A DNA stretch of 64,000 nucleotides from NCBI GenBank assembly GCA_030704615.1, contig CM060733.1:43090001-43154000 (forward strand), written 5' to 3'. This stretch comes from Takakia lepidozioides (lineage: Eukaryota > Plantae > Bryophyta). Position 1 is the first letter of the stretch; the number at the start of each line of letters is the position of its first letter. The notes beneath the pieces were generated by a model. The model worked only from the letters and a program-made list of their open reading frames with translations, made no database searches and was not told where the DNA came from. This document shows, in pieces, positions 26,384-38,825 of the stretch. Both the position numbers and the translations under genes were made by a program.

Positions 26384-28532
26384 AGGGGCTATTTTAGCAC
26401 CTTGAGGGGCCGCCTATTGATGACTACCATGAGTTTAGGCGGGGAAATGAGGTGGAGATTGAGGAGTGGTGACAATATTGGTCACCTGATTATGTCTCCA
26501 TCACTAGAGGCACAAGGGCAGCGGCGACACTAACAGCTACATCAACATCCCCAACTGCAAGCACTAATAGTGGGACAAGTAAAGATGGAGCTGGGAAATC
26601 CACCCAAGCTCCTGCTGCAGCACCAGCACCCGTGCCTGCCTTTAACCCAATTGTGGAGTTCTTCGAGGAGTTGAGGAGAAACTACCAGGGGATAAAGACG
26701 GAGAAATTGCGGAGCTTGCAAGAGTTCCAGCGCAAGCCTGCTGAGAGTTTGAGAGAGGCTTACACGCGCATGAGGCGATTAATAAATGTAACCCAAGGGG
26801 TTACGAAAGCTCAAGCAGTCCAATTCTGGTATGGGATATTGGACAAGGAGCTGAAGAGAAGAATGCGGGATGCAACTCTCCTACAAGTGGACCAACCCAC
26901 CTTAGCAAACGTGTTTTTGCTGGCAGAGCGGAGAGAGCACCATATTGGAGGAGTGAGTAGTCATGGTGGGGTTTGGTAAGGAGACACAACGAAGTGGGGC
27001 TCCTAGCCAACAACAACCACTACCCCAATGTGCTCAAGGCAATAAGGGGGCTCAGACGAAGCCCAGGGAATGACAAAGAGGATCTCAATTGCAGAGGTCA
27101 CTTCCTTCATTCTCAGGCCAACAACAGTCGGGTGTGACATGTTGGGATTGTGGATGACCCCATGTTAAGAGAGATTGCCCGGAGAGAGGCAAAGGACCGG
27201 CACAGACACAGCCTACACAACTACAATGTGGGCATTGTGGCAAGTATGGGCATGAGGAGGCCCATTGTTATGACTTGCATCATGAGCTACGGCCAGGCCA
27301 GTTCCAAGGGAACAATGGTAGCCGAGGACAAGGCAATGTAGTCCAAAGATGTAGAGGAGGTAGAGGTCGTGGTGGAGGTCGTAACCAAAACCAAGGAGCA
27401 CAAGGTCAAGGTCAAGGTCATGACCAAGGCATGGTGGATAGGCTTGCCCAGCTAGAGCAACGTCTTGCTACCATGGCCACTACTTATATTGCGCCAACTC
27501 CAAGGCCTGAGGTTCAAGCCCCACCTGCACAACCTCTTGTGCCTAGGGAAGACCAGATTGGTATGGGCTTCATGCGTGGAGCCGCACTTGCTGGACCATT
27601 GCATGTGGACTCTGCAGCTGCTGTCACTCGAGCAGCAACTCGTGCTCCTGAGCCAAGAGGAGCGGATGTGGATTTTGATCCACAAAGGGGGGAAGCAAGT
27701 CGACTGACAAGGCTTCCACCGTCTTTCACATTGGCTGAGACAGTGCCAACTACGCCATCGATGGTACCCGCTCGCCCCAGTGTGTCAGAGGTAGAGCCAC
27801 GAGTGCCATTGGGGAGAGTTGGGGTGGCTCGGGAAATGCCAGTGGGTGGTGCTGCAAAGCAAGGTGTAGCCAGTACATTGTTGGGGGCGGCTACGGCGGT
27901 TTGTCAAGCTCCATGTTTTTCTGCAATGACAATTGCAATGTCGGGGATTCGGCCAGCTGCTGTGTTCAGATTAGCAGCTAGACTCTGTGAGAGTGGTGAT
28001 GCATCGGCACTATCTGCGGGGATAACGGATAATGTGCAGTGCATGGGTGCCCTGGATTCAAGGGTGAAGACAGCCACAGCTGCACCATGGCAAGCGGCAG
28101 CTGCAAGGTTGCAGGAGTTGCCAGCTAGACCAACCATTGAGCGTAGTATAGTGACTCCTAGGGTAATCCTGGTGGACAATCAGGATGGTGTGTTTCAGTT
28201 AGGTGGCCCAGCCGGAAAGGAGGTATAGGCCACTGCGGGTCTTGTTGGACTCGGGAGCACAGCCATTGATGTTGGAAAGAGCATCAATTGCGGGCTTGGG
28301 CCTTACAGAGGCGGATTTGGAGCCTTGCCCTTTCCAAATTCATACATCTTTGGGCGGTTCAGAGAAGGCACGAGGGATTACATGCCATGAGCTCTTCATT
28401 CGATTGCAGCCGGATCATCCTACGGACGGCTCAGTCATGAGAGCTAAAGCCATTATTACAGACGCGATATCCTATGATGTGCTTGTTGGTGGGGCTGTGT
28501 TATACCCCATGGGCTTTACTTTAGACTTTTGG
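26384..28532 (+). pseudogene. gag 3' part, Zn knuckles and retropepsin protease of the Gypsy element
   Basis: EFQRKPAESLREAYTRMRRLI (retrotransposon gag-like), CCHC knuckle, VLLDSGAQPLML and SYDVLVGG. The frame continues at 29259 after the solo LTR (TLDFW|EETTSYRP). Confidence 0.82.
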
Positions 28533-29253
28533 TGTCACGCACCTCCCTTCGGTAAGCTCCCCTTCATGTCATAGTTACTCGCTTTGATGCGCGCGTCTGA
28601 CTCCCAACCTGGCCGCCGGGCCAACTTGGAGCTTCGGCTGCTCACCGGGACATAACGGTCCCCCTTCGCTTCCCACTAAACCCTCCACCTTTTTGGGACT
28701 AGTGGAATTCCCTTTTGGTAGATGGCAGTCCGGAACAGCTCCCCACTCTTTGGTCGCTTTCCGGCTCGCTCACTTACTCACTAGTTTTTGGTCACCAACG
28801 GGCTTGCACCGTTCTCGGGGTTACTACTCCCTATATATACTTCTGTAGCTGTCCGCGGGGGTTTCATAACCAGCCATGCCATTTTATGGCAAACCACCAC
28901 GAAACCCTCGACTCCCGGTGATGAGTCGCGGTGAGTCTTGGCCCACTCACCACGGCCCCTATGGACCGTGATGAGTCCCAAGACTCCCACGACTCCCACC
29001 ACGAGGTCTCCGCCCCCATGGTGAGTCCTATGCCACCCCCACTAAGTCCCGCTAAGCTACCATCACCCCTTGTGGAGCCACCCCCACCGCAACCCGGTGT
29101 GTGGGGCTCCACCTAGTGAGCGCCTCGCCTCCTCAGTGCTTGGGCACTCAAGGGTGCTTCGGCCCCCCATACCTATCGCTGCCGATGCCCCCACCACAGG
29201 GGCAGCCCCTCATGTGTCCCGACCCCCCGCCCTCAAGGCAAAGGGCCGCGACA
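28533..29253. mobile_element. Solo LTR, 721 bp
   Basis: TGTCACG...CGCGACA termini; 5-bp TSD TTTGG (28528-28532 and 29254-29258); internal TATA-like CTATATATA. Removal restores the host reading frame. Confidence 0.9.
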
Positions 29254-29671
29254 TTTGGGAGGAAACGACATCCTACAGGCCGGAATGGCAGTCAGGAGAT
29301 GGCCGACGTGTACTGCTCCCAGTGCGGTTTATTGGGAATGTAGCGGTGGATCATAGGAACATGATGCCCACATTGGCTGTATTTTCAGGGGTGGTGAGCT
29401 CTTGGAGGGCAATAGCCATGCAGATGATAGGCCATCACCTGATGAGGACAAACAATTGGCATACAAGGCTGATTTGCTTCCTTATGTGTCTGTGCATATT
29501 CCACTGTGGGGTACGGTTGGGAATTTGCATCGAGTAGCAGGCGAATGTGTGCACCAAGCATGGTGGGAGGCCTTTCCATTGGCGAGTGAGGGGAGTTCAG
29601 TGACGTCACCTGGACCTCCTGAGTTAGCTCCTTTGGACACAGTGCCCATTACCTGGCAACCACCTGACTCA

Positions 29672-30610
29672 GGGATTTTTTTGCTAGACTTGTTTGGAGG
29701 CATGAGCACTGGGCTTGCATGAGTATTGCAAGCAAGGATTAAAGTACACAACTACTTGTATGTGGAGAAGGATGAGATAGATCGGCGTATTTCTATGCGC
29801 CACATTGCCTTGATCACACACCGATATCCTGAGTTGTTGCCTCTCTCAGCAATTCAAGGGTATCAAAAGGCCTTGCCAATAGACATTACCTTGCTGGGGG
29901 CGGATGATTTGGACCGGCATGGTGCCATTGACTTGGTGATAGCCGGATGGCCTTGTCAAGGACACTCCCGCAGGTCATGGGAATGGCCTGCATGATGCAC
30001 GATCGCATTGTTTTGGGAGATGTTGCGAGTTGGTGCGGGACTTGCAGACGAGGCAAGTGCAACCTCTAGGCTATATCTTGGAAAATGTTCATCTTATGGG
30101 GGATTCTCGGGCCAGGGTTATGGCCAGTGTGCATCAGGTGCGGTCTGGATTGGATCGGCGGTGCTATTGGATTGCAGCAGCGGTGGGATCTCGCGCATCG
30201 ACCTCGATTGTGGTGGACCAATCTTGCACCACCAGAGCTGCTCAAGAGAGCATACAATTCCATTCAACGGCCACCCAATCTCACGGTTGAGGGCATTTTG
30301 GACCAAGGGAGCCAACCACAGAGGGTGCGACATGATGACCGTCCATCTCTAGCAGTGATCAATCGAGTGGGGCAGCCACGTGCGGCCTTGCCTACGCTCA
30401 TGAGCTTTCCCTCGTCTCATGCTTTTCGAGACAATGGTCCTGGATTGATTTGGGACAGTGTGCTACAGTAATTGGTGGAGCCCAATGCAGATGAGCGAGA
30501 GCGGGCAATGGGTTTTACCACGGGCACTACCGATGTGCCAGCTCTGTCAGAGGTATCACGCCGCCAAGTGTTGGGGGTCAAGCAATGGATCTAAATTGCT
30601 TGACATGGAT
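29672..30610 (+). pseudogene. C5 cytosine DNA methyltransferase domain (DNMT3-like) within the retroelement polyprotein
   Basis: Motif I LLDLFGGMSTG, II YVEKD, IV DLVIAGWPCQGHS (catalytic PC at 29951-29956), VI YILENV, VIII AHRPRLWWTN, IX/X ERERAMGF...LG-QAMD. Stops and frameshifts present. Confidence 0.9.
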
Positions 30611-31137
30611 AATTGGCTTGTGCATGGCTGAGCAACGGAGATTGCAAGCATTGGTGGCTACTTCTGCACTTCTATTGGAAAGTGCATCATCCGTGCCAAC
30701 CGAGACGGTTGAGGCAGTGAGTGGGGGCGAACACAGGATCGTGGGTTGCAGATACCCATGGCAGATGTGGGATGAGATGCGCAAAGAGATAGTCATTGGA
30801 TTTCTCAAGCAGCAGTATGAGGAGTGGGGAGAGCCATGGACTAAGGATCAGTTGGGGGCCAAGGTAGCCAAGGTTTTTGAAGAGGTTGAGAATGTTTCTT
30901 GCTCAGAGAATGTTCTGAAAGTGGCTATGGCGGAGCAAGTGGAGGCTACGCCACAGTCAGATTGGGCGGACAAAGCCCAAGAGGTTGCTATCTAGCAACC
31001 AAAGGATTCGTCTCCTACCTCCAAGCCTGGTGTACCCAAGGTTGCAGTCACTGAGGACAATTGGGAACCAGATGTTGGACCTACAGTCACCAAAGGAGAG
31101 AGACGGAGGATCCACGAATTCGAGGCGACGCTGAAGT

Positions 31138-31479
31138 ACGACCTTGGATGTCACAGCAGGACGTGTGATTCTAAGGGTCAGGGAGGTATTGCCTTCAGGA
31201 GTATTGATTCTGGAGGGTTGAGATGGCATGGTATGGAAGGACCATGTGCGCAATTGTGCGCCATGTCACCTTCCACATGTAGATAAGATGATAGATCCCA
31301 ACCTTGGAGTGGTAACTGCAAGGTTGTGTTGCATGCTATGTGGGCATGCTGGTGGCGCCACAACCATGTTGGTGTGTGACAAACGCTCAAGGGGGTGACA
31401 CATGGGATGCTTGACACCGCCACTTGAGGAGGTTCCTATCGGAGAATGGTTGTGTCCACGATGCCTTGGACAGAGGTAG
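31138..31479 (+). pseudogene. Integrase C-terminal-like segment followed by a PHD finger
   Basis: TTLDVTAGRVILRVREVLPSGVLILEG*DG..WKDHVRNCAPCHLP, then CMLCGHAGGATTMLVCDKRSRG*HMGCLTPPLEEVPIGEWLCPRC. Confidence 0.85.
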
Positions 31480-31821
31480 TGGGCATGACAATGGTGAGGC
31501 GGACAAGTGATCCAAGGTCTAGCTAGTGGGGCTTCAATGCCATGGATACTCAATTGAAGATCATGGATTGCATGAAGACGACTAACGATGGGGCTACGTT
31601 TGCACCCGGCCTCTTGATTTATCGACTTCAGGTGTTGGGACTTGTGCGATTGAAGACCGAGCAATGATCTTATTGGGGTGGATACTTGCAAGCTATCCGG
31701 TGTTAGATGGATCTAATCACCACCTAGGGGGGCGATTGTGGCGTGGCTTTCTAGGACTATACGCTAGGAATTGTGGTTGGACATCGATGTATGTTGTGGC
31801 ACGATGCTTAGGTGCACGACA

Positions 31822-34069
31822 GCTTAGCTTTCTTTTCATTTTCGTAGTGTGTGCAGACAATGGGGTTTTTATCCCATCGTCTTCATCAACAATCCAAAAA
31901 AAATTCATGGATTTCTTAAATTTATGTTCTTTATGAATTTAACCTTCTTTTCAGAATGGAAATATGTGAAAATCCTTTCCAAGATGATTTGAAAATTTAT
32001 GGATAGGCATGGGTTGTCTGTTTGATGAGCCAATGAATTCTTATAACAAGTCTCACATGCCAAGTCCATCTTCAATTAAGCTTATTTTATGATCTGGAAA
32101 TTGTTGTGTCAACTTGTCTTAAATTTGTCATGTTGCATTGATTTTTTTTCAAAAGACCAATGTTATCTCGTCATTTCAACTTCTATTTCAAATTTAGTTT
32201 AGCCATATTTGCACTACATGAACAATGCAGGTCGCAGATTTATAATAACTTTTACTTCTGTATCGCCAATACAAAATGTATACTATATCAACAGTTCGCC
32301 ATTCACTACCAATTCCTCATCTGTCTCGTCTGTCACATTAACCACTTTAATTGTCAAGTTAAGAAAAATATCATCACAAGAGCGACGTCGGGAAATGGGA
32401 AAAAAAAACGTTGGTGTACTATGCAATGGACTCTAATGAACTGCTTGTACATCAATGCAATCTAAGTCTCGCAAGTTCGCAATATCATCAACGTTGTTAT
32501 TGTAAGTACCTATCATCCTAGGAAATTCCAAAAAAATGAGATGCCGAATAAATCCCTTAGCACGCATTTTATCGACCACTTTACTATTGACAATTTGTTA
32601 TGACACTTAGCTACCGTTTTTAGGTCGATAGGCATGAATTGGTCCTTCGAAAACTACACAATGATGTCTCTATGGACAAGGCCAATCATGTGAAGGACAC
32701 ACAGACACATTGAGCCATATTATTAATATCATGCTCAGACCTCACAGTGGGTGAGTATCCAGCAGGTTCATACTCAACAATGTACATACCCGAACGTTTA
32801 ATTTTGTCACGAATACGCTGAGGAAGAAAGTGGCATCATGTTGCAACTTCATATGCCTTCTATACTGCATCCACTGTAGTCCTCACAAAATTACAATAAT
32901 TTCCGAAGTTCTTAACTCTCTTCCGAACATAGTCAGGGTAGAGATTTATTATCATGCATCCCTTTTCATCCCTAGAAAACATTGCATGGTCGAATTTGAC
33001 TTTCGGGATTGAGTCTGTCATGCTATGCAATAAGTGATAAGCATATCCAGGGCTAAGATAAAACTTGAATTTATGGTAAAAAATTGTGAAGTCAAAACAT
33101 TAAGAAAACATTGAGAGATTGGTTTGAGGTCAGGACCGCCATATCTTGCCCACATAAACCCACTGAAATTATGAGCCTGTTGCTACATATCCCAGTATAA
33201 ATTCCAAGTCTCCATAAAAAATTGTGGAAAGTGGTTTCACCTTGATCCAGAGATCCTGTTCAGCTTCCATCAACCTTCTGAGCTTGTCTTCATCTACAAA
33301 GAAGGTGCATCTAGGGAATTCCAATTTGGAATTCCTTATGTTTAGATCGATGATGTCACCCTTGCCCAAGGTGAGATCAAGACATTTTTAGAATTCCCTA
33401 GGATGATAGTTGCTTACAATAACAACGTCGATGATCATTGTTGCGAACTTGCGAGACTTAGATGGATTTGATGTACAAACAGTTCATTATAGTCTGTTGC
33501 ATAGTACACTAGCGTTTTTTATTCATTTTCTGACGTCGCTCTTGTGGCGACATTTTTCCTAACTTTACAATTAAAGTGGCTAATGTGACAGATCAAGAAT
33601 TTGTAGCGGTGAATGACGAACTGTTGATATAGTGTACATTTTGTAATGACGATACCGAAGTAAAAGTTATTGTAAATCTGACGACCTGCATTGTTCTATA
33701 GTGCAAATCTGGCTGAAATGGCGAGATTACACTGGTCTTTTGTAAAAATCAATGCAGTATGACAAATTTTAGACAAGTTGAAACACCAATTTCAAGATTA
33801 TAAAATAAACTTCATTGAAGATGGCCTTGGCATGTGAGACTTGTTGTAAGAATTTATCAGCTCATAAAAACAGACAACCAATGTCTATCCATAAATTTTC
33901 AACTCACCTTGGAAATGATTTTCACATATGTCCATTCTGAAAAGAATGTTAAATTCGTAAAGAACATAAATTTAAGAAATCCATGAATTTTTTCTCGATT
34001 GTTGATGAAGACGATGAGATAAAGATGCCATTTTCTGCACACACTACGAAAAGGAAAAGAAACCTAAGC
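31822..34069. repeat. Foldback: ~700-bp inverted arms (31822-32538 and 33383-34069) around an ~845-bp spacer
   Basis: The arms are reverse complements along their length, e.g. ttcatggatttcttaaatttatgttcttt vs aaagaacataaatttaagaaatccatgaa, and tctaagtctcgcaagttcgc vs gcgaacttgcgagacttaga. Confidence 0.9.
32600..33320 (-). pseudogene. Crinkler (CR/CRN)-like REase plus protein kinase gene fragment
   Basis: CTFFVDEDK...FYGDLEFILGYVATGS resembles the CRN REase pattern CVFRGEEK...YGDAPYxxGYAAxG. Kinase motif VLHMIGLVHRDI and FMPIDL at ~32625-32700. Confidence 0.5.
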
Positions 34070-34182
34070 ATTATTAATTCAAAGTCTCACAATTTCTACT
34101 TTTTGACATCGTTAACTCGTGTTGGAGAATCACTTGATACATTCGGTTACCAGATGCAAAGAAAACAAAAGTGGGAGCAAAA

Positions 34183-34299
34183 AAACAACCCGAATCTGCA
34201 ATTGAATTGAATTGTGCGCCACAACTCAGTCAGCTCACAATTCAATTCAATTGACAACAGTTCAATTGAACTACGAAACTCAAACCTAGTTCATAATTC
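34183..34299. repeat. Inverted copy of the 11317-11446 CAATTGAATTG-rich segment
   Basis: aaaacaacccgaatctgcaattgaattgaattg...gaaactcaaacctagttcataattc is the reverse complement of the left copy. Confidence 0.8.
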
Positions 34300-36568
34300 C
34301 AAAGCGTGCAGTGAGGAAGAAGCTTAAAGTAGGTGAGAAGTTCATCAATCTGTTCCTGGAGTAGTTGGATTCTATTCGCACTTCGGGCGTCAATCAGCAC
34401 GGGAAACTAATTGATATGACTAACCTTATCGAAACTTGGAGGTTGACACTGGAGGAGCAACAATTAATTGCGTCTTTGGTGGGATTTGAAAACCCGAGTT
34501 ATTTTTCCTAACATGTTTTGCATTAGATTGCTACCATGGCTGTGCTAATAGTTTAGTTCCCATCGAGTGTAGAACTTTTGCATTACGGTTATCTTCTGGT
34601 ATATCTTCGAGGTGGAGAGAACACTGCCTACTGCGTTTGATGACCGTTTGCATTTTGTAGAGGATCATCACGTGTTTGTAATCTGTATAATCTTTGTATA
34701 TAATGTGTACTATACATTTTCACAATTTCTGTAACTCTTTTTTCTTTCTTGAGAATTATGCAGTATCAAGAGATGAAGCATGTGTGGATCGACACAGGAA
34801 GAATCTCTAGCAAATAGCTTGGTCTGCATGTTAATTTTCATGCATTAAATTGGTATAGATTCTCATGATGGCAAATTGTGTGCAATTTAGATCTAAAATG
34901 TAGTGATTGATTGCGTCAAAGACACTAAAAGAAGAAGGTGAGCGCTAATCTGTGTTTTTTTTTTCTCCCTTGTTGAGTTTTCTTGCTTGAGTTTTCTTCT
35001 CGTTTGATGGGTTTTCGGGTGCACCCGGGTGCAGAGGTATTACAAATAAGTGAAATACATGGCGACCGGGTGTGACACTGTGGGTGTGCTCGCAGTGGCC
35101 ACTAACCAACAAATCACATACTCCAATATGGAGGTTCATGGAGTCAACCTTGAATCTATCAAGAAAAGCGTAGATGACCTGAAGGGCACGACGTGAAACT
35201 TGAATCGGTCAACGTGAAACTTGAAGCACTCAATAAGAAAGTGGAAGCACTGCATCTTGAAATGAAGAACGGCTTCTCGAGCCTAAAGAAGAAGTGAAGC
35301 ATGAGTTTTCTGTCTTACTAACAGTATAATGATAAGCTAGGTAGTTTCCTTCCTACTGAATGCTTGCATGTGGGTCTTCTCTCTTGACAAAGTCATGGGG
35401 TTTTGGTCACCGTGGAAGAGGTTTTTGAAATGGTTGAAAACTATGGATGTCATGTCCGGATCTCTCTATCTTGTTCATTGAGCTCTGTGTTTGCGCTTGG
35501 CTCTGTGAATTTGGATTTATCAATGATGTTCAGGGACTGCAATAGGGATTTGAGTGTGAACCTGTGATGAATGTCCAATCTTGATGTAGTGAGGGACTTC
35601 AGGCTTAGAGCTTCAGATGCTGAACCTTATCTTGGGCTGGTGTTATTAAGGTTCTCGTTCTTTTTTGGTTTCTCATCCTCTTTGAGTTATGATCAGACTC
35701 TGTGTGTGTGAAGTGCTTCATCCAACAGAATTACTGTGTGTGGTTTAAGTTTCTTTGGTTCATAGAGGGTTATCATGTTCTCAATGAGTTCATCTCTAGT
35801 TAGAGACTCTTGGCTTTGAACAGTTCAGCCATGCAGTACTTCTGTCCAAGCTAATCTGGCCTATCGTGTGTTATCTCTGGGTCAAGACATATCATCTCTG
35901 TACATATGAAGTCATGCATTCTTATTAGATGGTATTGTGGGCTTTCCACCTCTCTAGTTTCCTCTTTCACTTTCATTCCAAATCTGTTGTCATGGCAAAA
36001 AAGAACAATGCCTCAGCCTCCATGATGGATATGTACCCAATTTATTGAGTGATACACTGCAGGTGCAAACTTCGTTGAAATTTGCTATGAAGTGAGTGGA
36101 GAAAGTACTTCCCATCCAATGCTAGAATATAAAGTTCGTAACATCGATTGCAATAATTAGCACAGCACTAGAGGACAAAATTGCGGAAGAGTTGAACCTT
36201 GTGCAGCTTCACCATGGAGTCATTTGGTGTCTGTAAACGTGAAAAAGTGGACGGGTTTAGATATTAGAATGTTTTTGGAGTCTATAGTACTCTCTTCTAC
36301 TTTGAAATATTACATTTCAAAACAGAGATTGACTGGAGCAAACTGATAAATCTGACGATGCAATTTCACTTCTGGTTTACGCTTTCAAGAGTATACTATA
36401 TGGCTTGCAATCGGAATGGTTCTTTCAGATAACCACGTTGTCTGAGGTCTGAGGTAATTTGTATTATATTGTCTAGGTGTGACGGCATAATATAACTTAA
36501 GGTGTATAATATTTAATTCTGGGTATGGTCAAATGCGAATTGGAACAATTTGGAGGTGAGTTTTAGAG

Positions 36569-36942
36569 GCCTCTCATTTTAAGATAAGAGGGTCTTCAAT
36601 GGGCACGAGCGATGTGGCCGGTGGGCCCCGCGCACGGACGCCCGGCTCCCCAGCACCCCGCCCGCCGCTGCGCGCGGTCGCCCAGCCGCGGGCGCGGCTG
36701 CAGCAACCGCGCCCGCGCCCCCGTCCGCCGCGCGGCCAGTCCCCCGCCCATGAGTCCGCTGCCCTCCAGTCTGCCCCGCCAGTCTGCCCGCCAGTGCTGG
36801 CCAGTCCGGTGCCCAGCAGTCTGCCAGTCCGCAGTCTGCCCGCCAGTCCCTGGCCAGTCCCCTGCCATCCAGTCCGCTGACGGCGCAGGATCGCCACCGT
36901 CCATTCCCATAACCCATCCGAGCCCTCCATTTTTAGGGCTGC
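36569..36942 (+). repeat. Left TIR of MULE-2
   Basis: Reverse complement of 48649-48924, with internal indels. Confidence 0.92.
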
Positions 36943-38825
36943 GAAAATGGCAATGATCTTCCCACCAAATCCCGGCCGCTCTCTTTTGACGGCTGTTTGT
37001 TGTCCGATGTTGCGGTAGGCGTTTCCATGCACGCGACTGTTCCTCTTTTGCGCGCGATGTTCATGATGATGATGAAGCGTGTGCTTGAACATGAGAGGAC
37101 TGTCTGGGCACTACAGCCACCATCGTGCATATGCTTCCACTATTTTTGCCTTCTTGTTGTGCTTTCGGGAACCTTCGTTTTATGGTTTGGTTCTATGTCA
37201 TAAATATGGAAAATGCGGACATCTGTCGTCGATAACGTCCTCTGCTTGTGATCCGTCATGATACGTTTAGCCCCTTCGTACTGCATCCCTCATGAGAGCC
37301 TTCACAGTTTAGTTCGTTAAAGGAACCCATGGGTAACATGGGCGCGAAAATGGTGGAAGCGTATGCACATGGGGGCGTGTATTGCAGATTTCGTATCGGA
37401 CGATGGGACTGTTTATGTGACCAAGTATAGCGGCTTGCATCCGTCGTGCATAAGTTGTGGAAAAGGGTGGAGAATCTGAAGAAACCCAGCTTTGTGATGG
37501 ATCCACATGGTATTATATAAGGGATGGCAGCACAAAAAGCAATTCGAGTCGTCACGGAACACCATCCAGTCGTAAGGTCCTCAAACATCCACACGCACCT
37601 GCTGAATGCAGATGTCTGAGCCACGACGGGAGATGTCTGAGACAATTGCATCTGCAAATGCGCGTGGATGTTTGAGGTCCGTTGTGTCGCGAGTCTGTTC
37701 ACAGTGGGTCCGCTGGCCCGTCAGTGCTCCGGATATTCCCCTTATCGCGTGCATAACAGTCAGTTTGGAGGCGGTCTGGAAGTCCGTCTGTTGGGATATC
37801 AGTCTGTTGCACTTGTGAATTTGTCAGTCTGTTGTGTCGGAAGTCTGTTGCACATTTTCCAGTCAGTCTGGCGAAAAGTGCTTGGACTGTGCAAACAAGA
37901 TGAACAGTCCAAGAGACCAAAACTAAGTCTGTTTGAGGTCAAGTCTGGCGAAACAGTTCTCCTCTATGGATATCAGTCTGTTGGAATGCATCAAAGTGCT
38001 CCGGATGCGTGCATAACAGTCAGTTTGGAGGCGGTCTGCTGGAAGTCCGTCTGTTGGGATATCAGTCTGTTGCACTTGTGAATTTGTCAGTCTGTTGTGT
38101 CGGAAAACTTCTTATTAGTCTTTTGGAGTCTGGCGAAACGTCCGTCTGCTGGACTCCTCTATGGATATCAGTCGGACTGTGCATGCATCAGTCTGTTGTG
38201 CGCGAGTCTGTTCGCAATGGGTGTGTTCGACTTTCCTGTTCTCCCCTTACTCTCTTTTGTCTTCATTCCGCAGGGAAGTGCCTCCAATATGAAGCCGCTT
38301 CGCCTCAGCAAAGCGAATAGTCCGCTGGACTGGCGGTCCGGTGGACTCTCGGCCCGATGGGAAATGAGTCTGCTGCACTTGCGAGGACGTGGATGAATTT
38401 AGTACGATCCGTTCGTTCGGTGGACGTATTCAATGCGATGACGGCGGATAGTTGGCGCCTGTGAAATCGCGCCACGTTGGCAGTGCCATGCCCGCTTTCC
38501 CCCTTCTACTTCTACTTCTCCATTCTCTTCGCGCCTGTTTCTTCGCACTTTTGCACTGCTTTTTTTCCTCTTTGCGTTTCCATCACCGTAACGAAAGACG
38601 ACCGTTCTTCCCCAGGTGTGGAGAGTCGCGGTGAGCCGCGAAGCGTCGCAAACACGCTCGCCTTCGTAACAACTCGAAGTTCATCGGCTCGGTGAGGTTC
38701 TCACTTGCTGCGGTGTTTCCATTCCATTCTGTGTCCTCTTCTTGCTTAGGGTGAGTCTTTTCATAGGACTTCTATCTGTCGCTCTGTCGCTCATTGTCCT
38801 TGCACCTTCGTTTCATTCTGCAGCG

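Larger units (their letters stand above)
14750..31821 (+). mobile_element. Decayed Ty3/Gypsy-type retroelement (gag-PR-DNMT-[RT/RH/IN core missing]-IN C-terminus-PHD), interrupted by MULE-1 and a solo LTR
   Basis: The gag frame resumes across the MULE TSD (TPFMAW|KGLF). CCHC knuckle CGHCGKYGHEEAHC at ~27226, protease LLDSGA at ~28241, DNMT, PHD, then PPT-like AGGGGGGCGA followed by TG at ~31737. A matching LTR pair was not found, so the outer limits are approximate. Confidence 0.8.

Noticed and set aside
34300-36560. Short coding-like fragments, including a coiled-coil piece near 35130-35300
   Set aside because: Too decayed to assign.
36574-37092. GC-rich ORFs here and at 48503-48919
   Set aside because: Artefacts of the stop-poor MULE-2 TIRs.
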